From assembly GCA_013416795.1 (NCBI GenBank), contig RQSC01000016.1, positions 139,335 through 203,334 of the forward strand: a DNA stretch of 64,000 nt. The letters run 5' to 3'. Source of the DNA: Prasinococcaceae sp. CCMP 1430 (lineage: Eukaryota; Plantae; Prasinodermophyta). The notes under the pieces are model-generated. The model made no database searches. It saw nothing but the letters and a program-made list of their open reading frames with translations, and was not told where the DNA came from. The translations under genes and the position numbers were made by a program. Positions 59,472-64,000 of this stretch are shown in pieces; positions within the stretch are counted from its first letter, which is position 1; each line of letters opens with the position of its first letter.

Positions 59472-60650
59472 TCAGTCGTCCAGCTTGCGCTTCTTGTCCT
59501 TCTTGGCCGACTTCTCCTTCTTCTCTTTCTTTTCCTTCTTCTCCTTCTTTTCCTTCTTTTCCTTCTTCTCCTTCTTCCCCGTGCTCTTCCCCGCCTCGTC
59601 GCTCGCATCGCTGCTGTCGGCCTTCTTGACAGGCGTCACCATGTCAGCCGACGTGTCCATCGCCGCCGCCGCCGCCGCGCCCGCCCCGGCGTCCGCCGCC
59701 GCGGTACCGAGCGCGGGCACCGCCTTCAGCCACTCCGAGGGCGTCGAGGCGTTGGGGCGCCCGTGCTTGTCGAGCTTGCCCTCCGCGATGAGCGCCTTCT
59801 TCTTGACCGCCATCGGCCCCAGACCCCAGCGCCTGGGGTAGGTGTCGCGCTCCATCACCACGCGCTTGATCTTAGCGACCACGCCGTGGTCGCACGTGGC
59901 CATCACGGCGGTCGTCATCTGTGCGATGGCCACCGCGATCGCCTCGCCCTTGGTGGTCATGAGCACGCACTCGTCGCCCACGTCGATGCCCGACTCGTAG
60001 CGCAGCAGGCCGGGAATCATCAGCTTGGCGCCGTAGCAGATGGCGTTCACGGCGCTGTCCTTGACCACCACGCGCTTGAAGCTCGTGAGCAGCACCTCGA
60101 GCGGCATCACTACGCGGCGCAGGTACGACTCATCCTTGGAGTTGTCGTAGACGTGCTGGGCGTCGAGCACGTCATGCATGGTGCTCATGGGGTCGCCCTC
60201 CGAGAGGATGCCGGAGCGCACGCGGCGCAGCTCCTGCATGTGCCCGCCAATACCCAACAGCAGGCCCATGTGCACGCACAGCGTACGGATGTACGTGCCT
60301 GCCTCGCAGCTCACCCAGAACACGGCCAGGTTGCGCTCGGCGTCGTACTCGATGAGCTTGCTGTCGTAGATGGTGCGCACGCGCAGCTGGCGCTTCACCG
60401 CGGAGATGAGCGGCGGGCGCTGGAAAAGCGCGCCGGTGAGCGTCTCGATGGCGCGCCCGACCTGCACCTTCTCGGCGGCGGCGTGGAGGCGGGCGACGGC
60501 CACGTACTCCTTGCCGGCGCCCTGCTGCGCCTTGACGAGGCGCGTCGCGCGGTCGATGCACACGATCAGGCAGCCCGTGACCTTCGGGTCAAGCGTGCCC
60601 GAGTGCCCGGTCTTCTCCACGCGCAGGATGCGCTTGATCCACGCCACGAC
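59472..60650 (-). CDS. DKC1: Dyskerin/Cbf5 H/ACA pseudouridine synthase, 5'-partial
   Basis: [14 protein letters not shown]; [11 protein letters not shown]; PUA domain; KEK-rich tail. The upstream intron is cut at N60704. Confidence 0.95.
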   Translation of the reverse strand, partial: VVAWIKRILRVEKTGHSGTLDPKVTGCLIVCIDRATRLVKAQQGAGKEYVAVARLHAAAEKVQVGRAIETLTGALFQRPPLISAVKRQLRVRTIYDSKLIEYDAERNLAVFWVSCEAGTYIRTLCVHMGLLLGIGGHMQELRRVRSGILSEGDPMSTMHDVLDAQHVYDNSKDESYLRRVVMPLEVLLTSFKRVVVKDSAVNAICYGAKLMIPGLLRYESGIDVGDECVLMTTKGEAIAVAIAQMTTAVMATCDHGVVAKIKRVVMERDTYPRRWGLGPMAVKKKALIAEGKLDKHGRPNASTPSEWLKAVPALGTAAADAGAGAAAAAAMDTSADMVTPVKKADSSDASDEAGKSTGKKEKKEKKEKKEKKEKKEKKEKSAKKDKKRKLDD

Positions 60651-60705
60651 CTGCGCGAGAGGGGAGGGTGGGACGCGTCGTCGGGCTCGCTGTACGTCGG
60701 CGGNG

Positions 60706-61509
60706 TTCGTCGGGCACATCAAGACGCTTTGCGAGCCCATCGCGGCCGCTGAGGGTGGTGGAGGTAGGCTCGTCGAGCCGCTCACTTCTCTCGCCACGAC
60801 GACCGGCAAGGCGATCGCCGAGGTCGAAGAGCAGCGGCAGGAGGCGGAAAAGCTGGCGGTGAGCGTGGCAGCTGTTGACACGGTCGACGACTCGGTGACC
60901 GCGGAGGCCTTCGACGTGGCCGACATGTCGGTGCACCTGCTCATGACGGCGTTCACAGAGGCCACCGAGGGTGCAGCTAGTCGCGAGAAGACAGACAAGC
61001 GCGGGGCGCTTTTGCGTGCGGAGAGCTATCGCGCGTTGGCTCAAGCACTCGGCCGCGCTGCGGCAGCAGGGGCAGCGGCTGCGACAGAGGCGCGGTCGCA
61101 GGCCAAGGCGCGCGCCACAGAGCAGCGCGAGGAGTATCTCATGGCCCTCATCGGGAAAAATTTTGGGAAGCCGCTTGAGTTCCTCGGCAAGCTTGAGGCT
61201 GTCGCTCGCACAATATCCGCCGACGAGGTGCCTCTCGCGGCAGGTTTCTCTAAGGAGGAAGCCGAGCGCTCTCTCAAAATGCCCATGCCGCCTGACAAGG
61301 CGGTGAGGGCTCTCAAGGCCAAGATCACTGGCCACCTGGGCACCGAGAACTCGCCTGCAGTGGGGCGCGTCTGGGCAGCGGCCTGCGAGCTGCTGCCCGA
61401 ACGCTGGGAGGAGCTCTCGAAGGCGCTGCGCACGAGCTACCGCAGCCGTTCCATGCTATCGCCTACGACCGAGGAGCTGCGCGGCATGATGCTGAAGCTG
61501 AAGTCGTAA
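60706..61509 (+). CDS. SEC3: Exocyst subunit SEC3/EXOC1 C-terminal part, 5'-partial
   Basis: LLRAESY..L...FGKPLEFLGKLEAVARTISADEVP..AGFSKEE...KITGHL...VW resembles the Sec3 C-terminus. Starts at N60704. Confidence 0.7.
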   Translation, partial: FVGHIKTLCEPIAAAEGGGGRLVEPLTSLATTTGKAIAEVEEQRQEAEKLAVSVAAVDTVDDSVTAEAFDVADMSVHLLMTAFTEATEGAASREKTDKRGALLRAESYRALAQALGRAAAAGAAAATEARSQAKARATEQREEYLMALIGKNFGKPLEFLGKLEAVARTISADEVPLAAGFSKEEAERSLKMPMPPDKAVRALKAKITGHLGTENSPAVGRVWAAACELLPERWEELSKALRTSYRSRSMLSPTTEELRGMMLKLKS

Positions 61510-62635
61510 AGCCCAAGCACAATATACTACTCAAAGCCCAGACCCATGCTCTTCTGCCGCCGCAGAGCTTTGACAGGCTCGGCGTAGCCGCCGCGCGCGG
61601 AGAGCCGCCGGCGGCGCCCCGGCGGCTGGCGGAATCCACAGCACGAATACGCTCACAAAACCCGAATTAAGTGGATTCCATCTCTCTCATGGAATGCTCT
61701 TTCACACCGTCTGGATTCCGGATTCCACCGCCGCGCCATCCGCTGCCCTCCGAACTCGGTGCCACGTCCACACACGCGCCGCCGCTTCCCTTCATTTACA
61801 TGATACACTCAAGTACATATACAGTGATGAGAAAAGAATTCAATTGAAGACGCGGTCACCCGGCCGAGCGCGACGCGGGGCGGGGCGGGGGGCTCGAGCG
61901 CCACTGCGTACTGCCGGGACGCGCGCGTCTGCGCGTGCAGGCGCCGCCTCCGAGGAGAGGATGATACCCTCAAAGACATTTGTATTGAGGTATAAATGCA
62001 TGCGCGCCGGAGCGGGAGTAAGGAGTTCCCCCGGGTTGTGGCTGGCCCGCGCTCTGTCGCTGTCGGGCGTGCGCCGCGCGGCGCGCGGCGCCCGCGGCGT
62101 CGCGGGGGCGCCCCGCCGCCGACCGAGCCCGGACTGCGCCACGGACGCGCAATCCGCCGCCGCCGCCAGCTCACGGCACCGCGCCTTCAAAAGAGGTCGC
62201 CCGTGGGATGCTAAAAAGTACGAACGCACACATGATGATGGTACATCCAATTCCGCCGCTTTCACGGCTTCCCGCGAGTGCTGTATCAGATAGTATCAAT
62301 TTGTGGGGCTATTTCGCGCTGGACGACATATTTCGGATGGGACATTCCGCGATTTCGCTCTGAGTGGGCGCTTGTGCTGTGGGAGTGCGCGCGCGCGCGC
62401 GCGCGCGTGTGTTTTCGTGTGTGCGTGTGTGTGTGTGCTCGCGCACACGTCGCCACACACGGAGAGGCACATTCGCATCTGTACCATCGTGATGGTACGG
62501 ACAGTACTGGACGATGGTACCGCGCACAGGATATGCGGTCAAGAACAAAAAGGGTCCATGTACGCGGTAGGCATGATTCGTTTTAATAAACGATTTGTTG
62601 CGGACAGGCGCAGGCGCGGTTTGGGTTGACACGCG

Positions 62636-62760
62636 CACCCACCCACCCACCCAACCAACCACCCACCCACCCACCCACACACCCACACACACACACGCGC
62701 ATTCACACGCATTCACACACACTCGATACACACACGCACGCACACACACATACACACGCA
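62636..62760. repeat. Degenerate (CACC)n/(CA)n tract
   Basis: Read directly from the sequence. Confidence 0.8.
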
Positions 62761-63724
62761 GCCGCCGGCAGAGCCCTGCACCCGCCCCCGCTCGCGCCCG
62801 CGCGCCTGCGCCCGGGGCGGAATGCAGCCTTATCCGCTTATGGTGGTGGGGTCCAGCCCAGATTGACCTGCAATCGGCCTACCAAAGTGGATTCCGTATT
62901 TTACGCTGAATAATAACGAATCCAACATTGCATTTATTCGTCATACTACGATACAAGTCCGATATGGAATCCACTATTTCCCACCGAAGTTGCATTGGGA
63001 TTCCACCTGGCGCAAACGCCGGGAAAAGCGGGTGCGAAAAGCGGGAGCATCTAACTGCAAAAACCGACAGAACTCTAAATTCTCTCGAGGTTCACATAAG
63101 ACCTCACATTGTGTTCATTATTCGATCATTTCGCGTAAACCCCTCACGAAACTCGGCCCCGCGTTTCGGGCGCGCGCGATGCGCAGCCACACGCGCGCGG
63201 GTGCGCCGGCACACGGAACCCATCCGCGGAATCCACCGTTATACCCCGGATACGCGCGGAATCCAAACCCGGTGTTGCTGGNCGGCGCCGCTCGCGCCGG
63301 CGGGCGCCGACGCGGCGATGCGCGCGGCGAAGAGGGACGCCTTATCCCTTTTTTTTTTTTCCGGGGAGGTTGTAGGCTCCGGTTGGAGCGCTCGCTCGCT
63401 CGCGCGCGAGCGCGCGCCTGTGCGCGCGCGCCCGAGCGAGCGCGGTCGGGCGCAGTGCCCGCCCCCCTGTTGGGGGAGGGGCGATGTGCGCTGGACGATG
63501 CGGGGGTGAACCTGGACGGGAGTGCGGGGCGGGGAGGGGGGATGGCGGGGCACTGCAGGGCCGTGTCGCGCGCGCGCACTCCCGTTTTTTTTTCCCTCCA
63601 TCTGCGCGCGATTTGTTGGCGACGCGTGCGGGCGCGCGGGGCGCGGGATGGCGCCTGCTGGGCACGCCGAGCTCGCCTCTGACTCAGTTCGCGCCGCCTG
63701 GCTGGCCATCTCATGACATCGCAG

Positions 63725-63779
63725 GCCCCTACTCTGAGGGCGCGTGCCCGGCGTACCTCGACGGCACCTACCCCGGCGA
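63725..63779 (+). CDS. Internal exon of a light-harvesting chlorophyll a/b-binding protein (LHCII/Lhcp-like)
   Basis: GCAG|...GPYSEGACPAYLDGTYPG(D/E)|GTACGT matches the LHCII N-terminal motif GP(F/Y)S...P.YL.G..PGDYG. The rest of the gene is outside the window or unresolved. Confidence 0.6.
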
Positions 63780-64000
63780 GTACGTTGCGCGGCGAGCGAG
63801 CGCGGCGGAGCGCGTGGGCGCTGCAGCGCTGCGCGATCCTCTGGCGGCAGCAGCATGCGAGCCGCGCCTCGCTGCGCTTTGCGGGCGCACCGTCGCTTCG
63901 CCGATGCCAGACGCAGGCGGGCCGCGCGCCGCTACTGCTGTGCGACCGTTCGGCCACGCGTGCCTGTGAGCGCGCGCCCGGCGTGTGTGGGGCGCTGTGA

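Noticed and set aside
60370-61509. Apparent DKC1/SEC3 overlap or fusion (ORFs 59472-60998 and 60370-61509)
   Set aside because: Both genes are cut at the single N at 60704. These are divergent genes whose 5' ends are lost in a gap of unknown size.
62231-62363. Possible box C/D snoRNA (ATGATGA ... CTGA with CAC/GTG ends)
   Set aside because: Only a 3-bp terminal stem, no convincing C'/D' boxes, and no rRNA antisense element I could recognise. An Infernal or snoscan search would be needed.

Overview
Gene-dense, very GC-rich eukaryotic nuclear DNA from a draft assembly with many N gaps and seven single-N joins. Spliceosomal GT-AG introns with CTGAC branch sites, TGTAA poly(A)-type signals, plastid genes (PAA1-type Cu-ATPase, lycopene cyclase, cytochrome c6A, an LHC exon), axonemal dynein light chains and a PSTK point to a green alga, probably prasinophyte-grade (inference). 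About 35 genes or gene fragments are recognisable. I recognised no rRNA, tRNA, CRISPR array or coding mobile element. The most striking observation is a glutamate-synthase (GltB/GOGAT) central-domain segment fused in frame, with no gap, to an intact AmtB-type ammonium transporter. Its 5' end is hidden by an N, and a gapless chimeric join elsewhere in the window means misassembly must be excluded. Other notable items: a putatively plastid-targeted ParB/Srx-like + quasi-RRM protein, a Cys-rich extracellular insertion in ABCB1, a recurrent intergenic GGAWTCC motif, and an unusual intron 3' architecture. All family assignments come from motif recognition, not database searches.
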